Assembly (NCBI GenBank): GCA_947594925.1
Contig: CANQEJ010000003.1
Coordinates: forward strand, 1-57,931
Direction of reading: 5' to 3'
DNA: 57,931 bases
From: an uncultured Bacilli bacterium
Lineage (GTDB): Bacteria > Bacillota_I > Bacilli_A > RF39 > UBA660
Below are positions 45,112 to 54,482 of this stretch, piece by piece. A program made the translations under genes and the position numbers. The stretch's first letter is position 1. Each line of letters starts with the position of its first letter. The notes beneath the pieces were generated by a model. That model saw nothing but the letters and a program-made list of their open reading frames with translations, was not told the origin of the DNA and did no database searches.

Positions 45112-45792
45112 ATGAGAGTATATGGTAAAAATGTTTTTAAAGAATTAAAAGGTGATTATCAAAAAATTAAAAGAGTTTATTTAGCTAATAATTTTAAAGA
45201 TGAAGAAATTATTAATTTTATTAAAGAAAAAAAGTTATCTTATGAAATTATGGATAGTCATAAAATGAACCAAATTAATAAAAATAATCAAGGGATTATG
45301 TTGCTTATTGATGATTATCAATATCAAGATGTTAAAACTTTTTATCAAGATAAGATTGTTATTATGTTAGACCATTTAGAAGACCCTCATAATTTAGGAG
45401 CTATTATTAGAACTTGTGAAGCTGCAGGAATAAAATCGATTATTTTACCTAAAGACCGTAGTGTTAGTATTAATGAAACCGTTTATAAAACTAGTAGTGG
45501 AGCTTTAGCTAATGTCAATATTGCTTGTGTTAATAATTTAAATAAAACAATTGCTGATTTTAAAAAAGAAGGTTTTTTCATTTATGGAACAGCAATGGGT
45601 GGAATTAATTACAAAGAGATTAGTTATGCTTCTAAAGTGGTGTTAGTTATTGGTAATGAGGGGAAAGGAATTTCGCCTTTAGTTTTAAAAAATTGTGATG
45701 AAGTAGTAGCAATTCCGATGCATGGGAAAGTAAATAGTTTAAATGCTTCTGTCGCAGCAGGAATTATCATATATGACTTAGTAAACAGGTGA
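45112..45792 (+). CDS. rlmB: SpoU/TrmH-family 23S rRNA 2'-O-methyltransferase (RlmB/YacO-like)
   Basis: LDHLEDPHNLGAIIRT, VIGNEGKGIS, SLNASVAAGIIIY. Confidence 0.85.
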   Translation: MRVYGKNVFKELKGDYQKIKRVYLANNFKDEEIINFIKEKKLSYEIMDSHKMNQINKNNQGIMLLIDDYQYQDVKTFYQDKIVIMLDHLEDPHNLGAIIRTCEAAGIKSIILPKDRSVSINETVYKTSSGALANVNIACVNNLNKTIADFKKEGFFIYGTAMGGINYKEISYASKVVLVIGNEGKGISPLVLKNCDEVVAIPMHGKVNSLNASVAAGIIIYDLVNR

Positions 45793-46412
45793 TAAGTGTG
45801 GATAACTATAATGAATATTCTGATAGTGAATTATTAAATTTAATTAAAGAACACTCCGAAGAAGCCAAAGATATTTTATATGAAAAGTATAAATATATCA
45901 TTGGCATTATTATTAAAAAGTATACCATGTCTGCGCGTATGCTTAATATGGAATATAATGATTTATACCAAGAGGCACTCTTGGGTTTTAGTGATGCTAT
46001 TAATCGTTTTGATGATACTTCTTCTTCCTTAAGAACTTTTATTACGATATGTGTAGACCGTCGTTTACAAGTTGTTTTAACAAAAGCTAGTCGTTTAAAA
46101 AATAAATTAATGAACGAATCTTTATCTTTAGAACAGGTCTATGAAGAAGATAGACAACCTTTAATGGATATTTTAAGTGATGAAAATAAGAATAATCCTT
46201 TAAATAATTTAGAAATGGCTGAAGATTATAAGATTTTATTAAAAGATATTAAAGAAAGTCTTTCTGCTAATGAACAAGAGGTTTTTTCTTTGATGTTAGA
46301 AAATTATTCTTATCAAGAAATAGCAGCGATATTAAATCGTAGTACGAAACAAATTGATAATGCTTGTCAAAGAATTAAATTAAAAATTAAAGGTATTTTA
46401 GAGTGTCGTTAG
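45789..46412 (+). CDS. sigH: Sigma-70 family factor, SigH-like by synteny
   Basis: Region 2 DLYQEALLGFSDAINRFD; region 4 EQEVFSLMLENYSYQEIAAILNRSTKQIDNA. The start codon is uncertain (GTG 45789 or 45798). Confidence 0.7.
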   Translation: MISVDNYNEYSDSELLNLIKEHSEEAKDILYEKYKYIIGIIIKKYTMSARMLNMEYNDLYQEALLGFSDAINRFDDTSSSLRTFITICVDRRLQVVLTKASRLKNKLMNESLSLEQVYEEDRQPLMDILSDENKNNPLNNLEMAEDYKILLKDIKESLSANEQEVFSLMLENYSYQEIAAILNRSTKQIDNACQRIKLKIKGILECR

Positions 46413-46420
46413 CAAAAGAA

Positions 46421-46439
46421 AAAACACTGGAAGTGTTTT
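46421..46439. terminator. Terminator hairpin between the convergent sigma and RHH genes
   Basis: aaaacact / agtgtttt; the T-rich tract is better in minus-strand sense. Confidence 0.55.
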
Positions 46440-46443
46440 GCGA

Positions 46444-46635
46444 CTATAGTTTGCTTGTCGGCTTTTCGGGCTCTTCAAGATTTTCAAGAGCATAGCGACA
46501 TGCGGAGATTACAAATTTGGAAAATGTTATATTTTTTCCCGATATTGCTACTTCAATTTTGTTGATAACATCTACCGGAAACCGCACGGTCTTATTTTCC
46601 GTTTCACTTCTTGATTCAACTAATCTAAACGCCAT
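46444..46635 (-). CDS. Small ribbon-helix-helix (Arc/CopG-like) DNA-binding protein
   Basis: 63 aa. KTVRFPVDVINKIEVAISG... fits a beta-strand/helix/helix pattern. SD aaggtgg. Confidence 0.55.
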   Translation of the reverse strand: MAFRLVESRSETENKTVRFPVDVINKIEVAISGKNITFSKFVISACRYALENLEEPEKPTSKL

Positions 46636-46687
46636 TTCAATACCACCTTACTAATTAAATTATATTACACAAAAAACTCATTGGAAA

Positions 46688-46720
46688 CATTGCAAAAATT
46701 TTGCGATTTGCAATGCAATG
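46688..46720. promoter_or_regulatory. Inverted repeat CATTGCAAA-N10-TTTGCAATG plus an extra GCAATG; candidate operator of the RHH gene
   Basis: Read directly. It abuts the putative minus-strand -35/-10 (TTTCCA, 17 nt, TATAAT). Confidence 0.4.
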
Positions 46721-46826
46721 CTATTTTTTGGTAAAATAAATTATATAAAAATTTTGATATTTAGAAATAAAAGTTGGTTTAAAATAGTAAGTTAAATGTC
46801 TAAATGAAAAAACGGGGAATAAATAT

Positions 46827-46855
46827 TTGCCATCTTTAATATTATTTGTTATAAT
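46827..46855 (+). promoter_or_regulatory. Promoter for rpsF-ssb-rpsR
   Basis: TTGCCA, 17 nt, TATAAT, followed by a roughly 65-nt leader (possible S6:S18 leader). Confidence 0.55.
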
Positions 46856-46923
46856 ACATGGCGAGTATTAATTTACTCCTTGCTTCATTTAGAAGCCGAA
46901 ATAGACCATAAGGAGGTGTAGTA

Positions 46924-47214
46924 ATGAACAAATATGAAATAATGTTTATTGTTAAAGCTACAATTGAAAGTGAACAAGTAAGTAGTACTGCTGATGCTTT
47001 TAAGAAGCTAATAACAGATATGAAATCTAAAGTTTTAGACTTTAAAGAACTTGGTCAAAAGAAATTTGCTTATCCAATAAAAAAAGAAATCAATGGTTAT
47101 TATTTTGTTATGCAAGTTGAAGCTAACCATGATGCTATTAAAGAATTTGACCGTAAAGCTTTATTAGATGAAAACATTTTAAGACATTTAATTATTAAAT
47201 TAGATGAGGAGTAG
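46924..47214 (+). CDS. rpsF: 30S ribosomal protein S6
   Basis: MNKYEIMFIV..., YPIKKEINGYY, operon with ssb and rpsR. Confidence 0.95.
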   Translation: MNKYEIMFIVKATIESEQVSSTADAFKKLITDMKSKVLDFKELGQKKFAYPIKKEINGYYFVMQVEANHDAIKEFDRKALLDENILRHLIIKLDEE

Positions 47215-47217
47215 AAT

Positions 47218-47691
47218 ATGAATAAAGTAATTTTAATCGGAAGATTAACTAAGGATCCAGAACTTAGAACTATTAGTACAGGAAGTTCAACAACAACATT
47301 TACTTTAGCTGTTAATAGAACTTTTACTAATCAAAATGGCGAAAGAGATACGGACTTTATTACTTGTGTAGCTTGGCGTCGTCAAGCCGAAAATATTGCT
47401 AAATATTGTGTAAAAGGAACACAAGTTGCATTAGAAGGTCGTATTCAAACAAGAAGTTATGATGCTCAAGATGGTACGAAAAGATATGTTACTGAAGTTG
47501 TTGCTGATAATGTAACTTTCTTAAGTCCAAAGGGTAGTGTTTCATCTAATAGTATGCCAGCTGTTGATGCCGGTATGGATAGTGGTGTAGATATGCCTGC
47601 TGCGGATATTGAAACTACAGATATAAGTGAAGATCCATTTAAAGATTTTGGAGAAGAAGTTGTTTTAAGTGAAGATGACTTACCATTTTAA
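47218..47691 (+). CDS. ssb: Single-stranded DNA-binding protein
   Basis: MNKVILIGRLTKDPELR, acidic tail ending DDLPF. Confidence 0.95.
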   Translation: MNKVILIGRLTKDPELRTISTGSSTTTFTLAVNRTFTNQNGERDTDFITCVAWRRQAENIAKYCVKGTQVALEGRIQTRSYDAQDGTKRYVTEVVADNVTFLSPKGSVSSNSMPAVDAGMDSGVDMPAADIETTDISEDPFKDFGEEVVLSEDDLPF

Positions 47692-47703
47692 GGAGGGAAA
47701 ATA

Positions 47704-47919
47704 ATGGCAGAATTTCGTCGTAAAAAGAAAAGAATATGTCAAATGTGTGCTGGTAAACCTGTTGACTATAAAGATGTGCCAATTATTACTAAATATATAA
47801 ATGAAAAAGGTAAAATTGAAAACCGTCGTCGTACAGGAGCTTGTGCTAAACATCAAAGACATATTGCTAAACAAATTAAATACGCAAGATTCATGGGATT
47901 AATTCCATATGTTAAATAG
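47704..47919 (+). CDS. rpsR: 30S ribosomal protein S18
   Basis: VDYKDV, GKIENRRRTGACAKHQRHIAKQIKYAR. Confidence 0.95.
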   Translation: MAEFRRKKKRICQMCAGKPVDYKDVPIITKYINEKGKIENRRRTGACAKHQRHIAKQIKYARFMGLIPYVK

Positions 47920-47942
47920 AAAGAGCTATCTTTCTTTTTTTT
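47919..47942 (+). terminator. Rho-independent terminator after rpsR
   Basis: gaaaga gcta tctttc followed by T8. Confidence 0.65.
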
Positions 47943-48018
47943 ACCCATTTTAGGGGATATATCTTTTTTTTAGTTTTTTTGATATAATATTTGGTGATAT
48001 ATTTAAGGAGGAACTTAT

Positions 48019-48459
48019 ATGAAAGTTATATTATTAAAAGATGTTAAAAAACAAGGCAAAAAAGATGATATTATTGATGTATCAGATGGTTATGCACAGA
48101 ACTATTTAATTAAAAATAACTTAGCTGTTCCCGTTAGTAAAACAAGTACTAATATTTTAAATAAAGAATTAAAAACCCGTCAGGAAGAAGAAGGTAAATT
48201 TATTAAAGAGTGTGAAGAAATTAAAAAAGCTTTAGAAGATAAAGAATTAGTTTTTCAAGTTAAAACAGGAAAAGAAGATAAAGTTTTTGGTAATATTTCT
48301 ACTAAGCAAATTAGTGAAAAGTTAAAAGAATTAGGATTTAAAATTGATAAAAAACAAATTAATATTGTGACCCCAATTGATTCTATTGGCACTCATAATG
48401 TAGAGATTAAATTACATAAGAAAGTTATTTTTAATGTAAAAATAGTTTTAAAAAAGTAG
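48019..48459 (+). CDS. rplI: 50S ribosomal protein L9
   Basis: MKVILLKDVKKQGKKDDIIDVSDGYAQNYL. Confidence 0.95.
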   Translation: MKVILLKDVKKQGKKDDIIDVSDGYAQNYLIKNNLAVPVSKTSTNILNKELKTRQEEEGKFIKECEEIKKALEDKELVFQVKTGKEDKVFGNISTKQISEKLKELGFKIDKKQINIVTPIDSIGTHNVEIKLHKKVIFNVKIVLKK

Positions 48460-48467
48460 GTGATTAA

Positions 48468-49817
48468 ATGGCTACAAGAAAGATGCCTCAAAATAACGAA
48501 GCAGAAATGTCTGTTTTAGGAGTAACATTTTTAAGTAAGACAGCTTTAGAAAAAGTTTGTGAAGAAATTAGTGAAGATATGTTTTTTAGTGATGCTCATA
48601 AAAAGATATTTCAAGCAATTAAGAGTTTATATAATGAAAATATTCCCGTTGATGTTACAACTTTAACTGAAGAGTTAGATAAGAAAAAACATTTAAATTC
48701 CGTAGGTGGTATCGAATATATTACCGAAATTATTGATTCTGTTGCTACGGCTGCTAATGTCGATTATTATATTAATATTGTTAGAGAAAAAGCAACTTTG
48801 CGAAGTCTTATTGATACGGCGACAGAGATTGCTACCGATGCTTATGATAATGAAGATAATATTAATGAAGTTTTAGATAATGCTGAACGAAATATTTTAA
48901 ATGTTATTAAAGCTCGTCAAACAGGTGAGTTTATTACAATTGGGGAAGCTTTAAGAAAAGCGCAAGAAAATTTGGAACGTTTAGCTAAAAATAAAAGTGA
49001 AATCACCGGTATTCCTACGGGATTTTATGATTTAGATAAAGCAACAAGTGGTCTTCATGAAGGCGAAATGATTATTATTGCTGCGCGTCCTGGTATGGGT
49101 AAAACAGCTTTTGCTTTAAATATTGCGACTAATGCGGCGTTTCATACCGATAAAGCAGTAGCTATTTTTAACTTAGAAATGCCAGCAGAACAACTAGTTA
49201 ATAGGATGATTAGTGCGATTGGGCAGATAGATTCTAAGAAGTTACAAACTGGCCAATTACAACATAATGATTGGAAAAGATATAATGAAGCGATGAGCCA
49301 GCTAGCTGATACAAATATATATATTGAAGATGATGCGGGGATTACCGCTAGTGAAATTAAAGCTAAATGTCGTCGTCTAGCTGCTTCAGAAAAAGGCTTA
49401 GGCTTAGTTATTATCGATTATTTGCAATTAATTACTTCGGGAGCGAAAAGGACAGAATCTCGTCAACAAGAAGTATCAGATATTTCCCGTTCTTTAAAGA
49501 CAATGGCAATGGAATTAAAAGTGCCGGTTGTCGCTTTAGCTCAACTTTCCCGTAATGCGGAAAAAAGAGAAAATAATCAACCAATGCTTGCGGATTTACG
49601 TGAATCTGGTTCAATTGAACAAGATGCCGATTTAGTTATGTTTATCAATCGTAAAGATTATTATAAAGAAAAAGGAGAACTTAATAAGGAAACTAATGTT
49701 CCTTGTGATATAATAATAGCGAAGCATCGTAAAGGTTCAACTGGTAAGTTTGAATTACTATTTGAACTTAACATGAGTAATTTTAGAAATTATATTGCTA
49801 ATGCAACTGAATATTAA
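48468..49817 (+). CDS. dnaB: Replicative DNA helicase DnaB/DnaC-type
   Basis: PQNNEAEMSVLG, IIAARPGMGKTAFALN, IIDYLQL, LAQLSR, SGSIEQDAD. Confidence 0.95.
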   Translation: MATRKMPQNNEAEMSVLGVTFLSKTALEKVCEEISEDMFFSDAHKKIFQAIKSLYNENIPVDVTTLTEELDKKKHLNSVGGIEYITEIIDSVATAANVDYYINIVREKATLRSLIDTATEIATDAYDNEDNINEVLDNAERNILNVIKARQTGEFITIGEALRKAQENLERLAKNKSEITGIPTGFYDLDKATSGLHEGEMIIIAARPGMGKTAFALNIATNAAFHTDKAVAIFNLEMPAEQLVNRMISAIGQIDSKKLQTGQLQHNDWKRYNEAMSQLADTNIYIEDDAGITASEIKAKCRRLAASEKGLGLVIIDYLQLITSGAKRTESRQQEVSDISRSLKTMAMELKVPVVALAQLSRNAEKRENNQPMLADLRESGSIEQDADLVMFINRKDYYKEKGELNKETNVPCDIIIAKHRKGSTGKFELLFELNMSNFRNYIANATEY

Positions 49818-49827
49818 AGGTGATTAT

Positions 49828-51327
49828 ATGAAAGTTAGAAACATTTTATTATGTACTTTGATAACGATGTTAATTACTTCTTTAGTTTTTGTTATGGGTG
49901 TTTTAGATAGAAGACCTAAGGAAGCTAAAGAAGTTTATCAAGTATATTTAGATGGTAAAAAATTGGGAGCCATTGCTAGTCAAGATGAATTATATGCTTT
50001 AATTAATAAAGAACAAAGTGATATTAAAGATACATATAATGTTGATAGTGTTTATCCTCCTATAGGGTTTAATATTACTAAAGATATAACTTATAGTAAT
50101 GATGTTGATAATGTAGAAAAAGTTTATCAAGAAATTAAGGAAGAAAAACCTTTTACTATTGAAGGGTATGTTATAACAATTAAATATAAAGATGAAAATA
50201 AAAAGCCTTTAGAGATAAAAGTTTTAGATAAAGATGTTTTTATGAAAGCTATTAATAACTTAATTACTTCTTTTATCCCCGAAGATAAGTATGAAGCTTA
50301 TTTAAATGATGAACAAGCAGAAATAGTTGATACTGGTTCTTTAATTGAAACGGTTTATTTTGAAGAAACGATTACAGTTAAAGAAGCTTTTATTGGAACT
50401 GATGAAAAAATTTATACTGATGAACAGGAATTAACAAAATATTTAATGTTTGGCGATAATAAGTCAGAAGAAAAGTATACAGTAGCCCAAGGTGATACTA
50501 TATCTACAATTGCTTTTAATCACAAACTTAATGAAGAAGAATTTTTAATTGCTAATCCGGAATTTAGTAGTGTAGATAGTTTATTATCAATAGGGCAAGA
50601 AGTTAATATTGCTTTAATTAATCCGGTTTTAAGCCTAAGTTATGAAATGCATATTGTTGAAGATACAGAAACAGATTTTGATACGGAAGTTACTTATGAT
50701 GATAATGAATATACGACTTATAATGAGGTAACACAACCAGGTGTTAAAGGGGTAAGAAGAATTACGAGAAAACAAAAATATACCAATGGAGTGGAAAACC
50801 AAGGTGGTTATATTGCTTCTTATGAAGATTTAAAAGCTCCTGTTTCGGAAAAAGTAACAAAGGGAACTAAACAACCACCATATGGTGGCGGCTATGTTAG
50901 TGGTACTTATATTGATACTGGTGCTTCTTGGGCATGGCCAACAAATTCTCCCTATATTATTACTAGTCCATATGCTTATCGTTGGGGAACATTACATGAT
51001 GGAACTGATATTTCCGGAACTGGTTTTGGTTCACCTATCTATGCTGCTTTAGATGGTACGGTAATTAATGCTGGTTATGGTGGTATGGTCGGTTCATCAG
51101 CGGGATATAATGTTGTTATAGACCATGGTAACGGCTATTACACAGTCTATGCCCATCTGTCTTCTGTAGGAGTTTCCGTAGGGCAAAAAGTAAATAGAAG
51201 ACAAAAGATTGGGGCTATGGGTCAATCTGGTACAGCAACTGGAACCCATCTTCACTTTGCGGTATTCGTTGGTGGTCCTCCTTATCAAGGTGGTCAATCG
51301 ATGAATCCAATGAGTTTGTGGCAATGA
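49828..51327 (+). CDS. Membrane-anchored LysM/G5/M23 peptidoglycan hydrolase
   Basis: LysM YTVAQGDTISTIA; G5-like TQPGVKGVRRITRKQKYTNG; M23 HDGTDISG and GTHLHF. ATG 49828 follows AAGGTGA. Confidence 0.8.
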   Translation: MKVRNILLCTLITMLITSLVFVMGVLDRRPKEAKEVYQVYLDGKKLGAIASQDELYALINKEQSDIKDTYNVDSVYPPIGFNITKDITYSNDVDNVEKVYQEIKEEKPFTIEGYVITIKYKDENKKPLEIKVLDKDVFMKAINNLITSFIPEDKYEAYLNDEQAEIVDTGSLIETVYFEETITVKEAFIGTDEKIYTDEQELTKYLMFGDNKSEEKYTVAQGDTISTIAFNHKLNEEEFLIANPEFSSVDSLLSIGQEVNIALINPVLSLSYEMHIVEDTETDFDTEVTYDDNEYTTYNEVTQPGVKGVRRITRKQKYTNGVENQGGYIASYEDLKAPVSEKVTKGTKQPPYGGGYVSGTYIDTGASWAWPTNSPYIITSPYAYRWGTLHDGTDISGTGFGSPIYAALDGTVINAGYGGMVGSSAGYNVVIDHGNGYYTVYAHLSSVGVSVGQKVNRRQKIGAMGQSGTATGTHLHFAVFVGGPPYQGGQSMNPMSLWQ

Positions 51328-52091
51328 TGAAAGTTAGTGTTTTAGCATCTGGCTCAGAGGGAAATTGTACTTATGTCGAAACTTTAAAACATAAAGTTTT
51401 AATCGATATGGGTATGAACGTTAAATACATTAAAGAAAAATTAGGAGAATTAGAAGTTGACCCGAAGGATATTGATTTAATATTAATATCCCATGTTCAT
51501 AATGACCACATCAGCGCTTTAGAAAACTTTTTAAAAAAATATCACCCTACGGTCTGTTTGAGCCAAAGTATGTTTTTAGAATTAGAAAACATTAAAGATT
51601 ATGAAAATATTATTATCTATGATGACCAAATGGTTTTTGATAGTTTAACAATAGAAGTTTTTAAAACTTCTCATGACACAAATGATTCGCGAGGTTTTGT
51701 CTTAACTAGTAGTAATTCTTCTTTAGTATATGTCACAGATACAGGTTATTTAAATCACCGTCATTTTGAACTTTTAAAAAATAAGAGTATCTATATTTTT
51801 GAAAGTAATCATGATGCCGAGATGTTAATGAACGGTAAGTATCCGCCTTGGCTTAAAAAAAGAGTAGTGGGTGACAAAGGACATTTATCTAATCGCGATA
51901 GTTCTATCTATTTATCTAAATTAGTAGGAGATAATACTAAAAAAATTATTCTTGCCCATTTAAGTAAAGAAAATAATACCGAAGAAGTAGCTCTAAATAC
52001 GATTATGGAAGTTTTTAATGAATATCAAATTCCCTTTCATAATATTGAGTGTGCTCGTCAAAGAGAAAAAACTGAGGTAGTTATTATATGA
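51324..52091 (+). CDS. MBL-fold metallo-hydrolase (YycJ/WalJ-like)
   Basis: LASGSEGNCTYVE, ISHVHNDHI, GHLSN. Confidence 0.8.
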   Translation: MMKVSVLASGSEGNCTYVETLKHKVLIDMGMNVKYIKEKLGELEVDPKDIDLILISHVHNDHISALENFLKKYHPTVCLSQSMFLELENIKDYENIIIYDDQMVFDSLTIEVFKTSHDTNDSRGFVLTSSNSSLVYVTDTGYLNHRHFELLKNKSIYIFESNHDAEMLMNGKYPPWLKKRVVGDKGHLSNRDSSIYLSKLVGDNTKKIILAHLSKENNTEEVALNTIMEVFNEYQIPFHNIECARQREKTEVVII

Positions 52092-52525
52092 TTAAGATTA
52101 TTTGCTTGGGTAAGATTAAAGAAAAATATTTACAGGATTTAATAGATGATTATCAAAAACGTATAAGTAAATATCATAAGATAGAGATAATTGAACTTAA
52201 AGAGGTTAATGATTTAGAAAAAGAAGCTTTAGATATCTTAAAAAATATTGACCCTAAAGATATGGTTATTTGTTTAGATATTATGGGGCAAAGTTATACC
52301 TCTTTAGAATTTGCTAAACTTATTGATGAAAGTTTTATTAAATATAGTAATATTACCTTTATAATTGGTAGTAGTGAGGGATTAAGTAAGAAAGTTAAAG
52401 ATAAAGCTCATAAACTTTTATCTTTTTCCAAAATGACTTTTCCTCATGGTCTTTTTAGAGGAATATTATTAGAACAAATTTATCGTAGTTTTAAAATTTT
52501 AAATAATGAAAAATATCATAAATAA
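52088..52525 (+). CDS. rlmH: 23S rRNA (pseudouridine1915-N3)-methyltransferase RlmH
   Basis: SPOUT fold, 145 aa: IICLGKIKEKYL, IGSSEGLS, FPHGLFRGILLEQIYR. Confidence 0.85.
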   Translation: MIKIICLGKIKEKYLQDLIDDYQKRISKYHKIEIIELKEVNDLEKEALDILKNIDPKDMVICLDIMGQSYTSLEFAKLIDESFIKYSNITFIIGSSEGLSKKVKDKAHKLLSFSKMTFPHGLFRGILLEQIYRSFKILNNEKYHK

Positions 52526-52546
52526 AGGAATTAATTTTCCTTTTTT
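52525..52546 (+). terminator. Rho-independent terminator after rlmH
   Basis: aaggaa ttaatt ttcctt followed by T-run. Confidence 0.6.
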
Positions 52547-52614
52547 ATATTTTTTAAAGTCCTAGATTTAAGGAAGGTAATTTGTTAAAATTAGGAGGGG
52601 AAGTGATATTAATT

Positions 52615-53277
52615 ATGATAGGTAATAGTTGGGATGATAAATTAAAAATTGTTTGGGAAAGTGATGGTTTTAAAAGATTTTTAAATATTATCAAAAAAGA
52701 ATATGATACTAAAACTATTTTTCCTCCCAAAAATTATGTTTTTGAAGCTTTAAAAAGAACTCCTTATGAAAATGTTAAAGTTGTTATAATGGGTCAAGAC
52801 CCTTATCATGGCGAACATGAGGCGCACGGACTTTCTTTTTCGGTGCAAAAAGGGATTAAGTTACCTCCATCTTTGCGAAATATTTATAAGGAATTAGAAG
52901 ATGATTTAGGGTGCAAACCAGTTTTAGATGGCGATTTAACAAAGTGGGCCAATGAAGGAGTATTACTTTTAAATGCGGTTTTAACAGTAGAAAAAGATAA
53001 ACCAGCTTCGCATCGTGGTTTGGGTTGGGAACGTTTGACGGATTATATTATTAAAGTTTTAAATGAAAAAGAAGAACCAATTGTCTTTATTCTTTGGGGA
53101 AATTTTGCCAAAGAAAAAAAGAAGTATATAACTAATCCTAAACATTTAATAATAGAATCAGCACATCCTTCTCCTTTTTCAGCTAATTATGGTTTCTTTG
53201 GTAGTCATCCTTTTTCTCAAGCTAATGAGTTTTTAAAAAAAGCGGGAATAAAACCAATAGATTGGGATTTAAATTAA
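52615..53277 (+). CDS. ung: Uracil-DNA glycosylase
   Basis: VIMGQDPYHG, HGLSFSV, LLLNAVLTV, AHPSPFSA. The start is uncertain (TTG 52582 / GTG 52603 / ATG 52615). Confidence 0.9.
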   Translation: MIGNSWDDKLKIVWESDGFKRFLNIIKKEYDTKTIFPPKNYVFEALKRTPYENVKVVIMGQDPYHGEHEAHGLSFSVQKGIKLPPSLRNIYKELEDDLGCKPVLDGDLTKWANEGVLLLNAVLTVEKDKPASHRGLGWERLTDYIIKVLNEKEEPIVFILWGNFAKEKKKYITNPKHLIIESAHPSPFSANYGFFGSHPFSQANEFLKKAGIKPIDWDLN

Positions 53278-53825
53278 AAGTTTTCTCCATTTTTTAATAA
53301 ATTATCATTTATTTCAAGAGTATTATAATACTCTTTTTTGGTGATATGATGAATTTTACCAATTAAATTTATCGGAAATTTATTTAATAAACTATTTAAA
53401 GAGGTAGCATATTTATCATAATAAGTTTTAGAAGCTTCAATTATTTCATTACTTTCTTCAAAATCTCTTAAGATATCTTTAAAACCTCTATTTTCATTTA
53501 ATTCAGGGTAATCTTCATTTAAAGTTGTAATTGTATTATAAGCTTCAGTTAGCTTGGCATCTAATTCAATATTCGAAGCTTTTTCAGCTTTAAGAGTTTC
53601 TACTTCTTTAAAAAGTTCAATATCTAAATCTATTTTCTTTTTAATTAAATGGGAAGTTCTTACCACATAGTCATATCTTTTTTTCAAATGTTCATTAATA
53701 ATTTTATCGGCTTCTTGTAATTTGATATTTAGGGTTTGTAAACGATTATAAATAGCTTTATAACAAATACCTAATATACCAACAATAATGGCAACTATTA
53801 AAATAATAACTAAGGCTTTAATCAT
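53274..53825 (-). CDS. lemA: LemA-family membrane protein
   Basis: N-terminal TM; helical domain with EDYPELNENRGFKDIL and NKFPINLIG. Confidence 0.65.
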   Translation of the reverse strand: MIKALVIILIVAIIVGILGICYKAIYNRLQTLNIKLQEADKIINEHLKKRYDYVVRTSHLIKKKIDLDIELFKEVETLKAEKASNIELDAKLTEAYNTITTLNEDYPELNENRGFKDILRDFEESNEIIEASKTYYDKYATSLNSLLNKFPINLIGKIHHITKKEYYNTLEINDNLLKNGENF

Positions 53826-53909
53826 TAAATCACTTCCAATTCTTATAAATGTATTATATCAAACATTTGCTAAAAAGGGAATTTGTTATATAATTAAATT
53901 GGTGAATAT

Positions 53910-54425
53910 ATGATAATCAAGACATTAAAAGTAGGAAGTTTAGAAACTAATTGTTATTTGCTTTTTTATGATGGGGAAGTAATTATTATCGACCCGGGTG
54001 CTGAAAGTGAAAAAATTAAAAAGGAAATTGGTAATAAAAAAGTTAAAACTATCTTAATTACCCACAATCATTTTGACCATATTGGAGCTTTAGAAGAACT
54101 GCAAAGATTTTATAATGTTAAAGTTAATGCTTATAATCTTGTGGATAATATGCAAGTTATTAACACACCGGGGCATACTAAAGACTCTAAAACATTTTAT
54201 TTTAAAAAAGAACATATAATGTTTTGTGGCGATTTTTTATTTAAAGATAGTTTTGGCAGAACTGATTTAGAAACAGGCAGTAATGCAGATATGATTAATA
54301 GTTTAAATCTAATAAGGGCATATCCTGATGATATTACTTTATATCCTGGGCATGAAGAAGTTTGTAATCTAGGGCAAGAAAAGTCAAAATTTGCTCAATA
54401 TATCGCCTATTTAAAAAAATGTTGA
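53910..54425 (+). CDS. MBL-fold metallo-hydrolase (glyoxalase II-like, short)
   Basis: ETNCYLL, ITHNHFDHIG, TPGHT, CGD, PGHE. Confidence 0.8.
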   Translation: MIIKTLKVGSLETNCYLLFYDGEVIIIDPGAESEKIKKEIGNKKVKTILITHNHFDHIGALEELQRFYNVKVNAYNLVDNMQVINTPGHTKDSKTFYFKKEHIMFCGDFLFKDSFGRTDLETGSNADMINSLNLIRAYPDDITLYPGHEEVCNLGQEKSKFAQYIAYLKKC

Positions 54426-54450
54426 CAAAAAGTTAAAAATGCGCTATTAT
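54422..54450 (+). promoter_or_regulatory. Near-consensus promoter for the secreted N/Y-rich protein
   Basis: TTGACA, 17 nt, TATTAT. Confidence 0.55.
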
Positions 54451-54482
54451 ATAGGGCATTAAAAGAAAAGAGGTTTTGTTTT

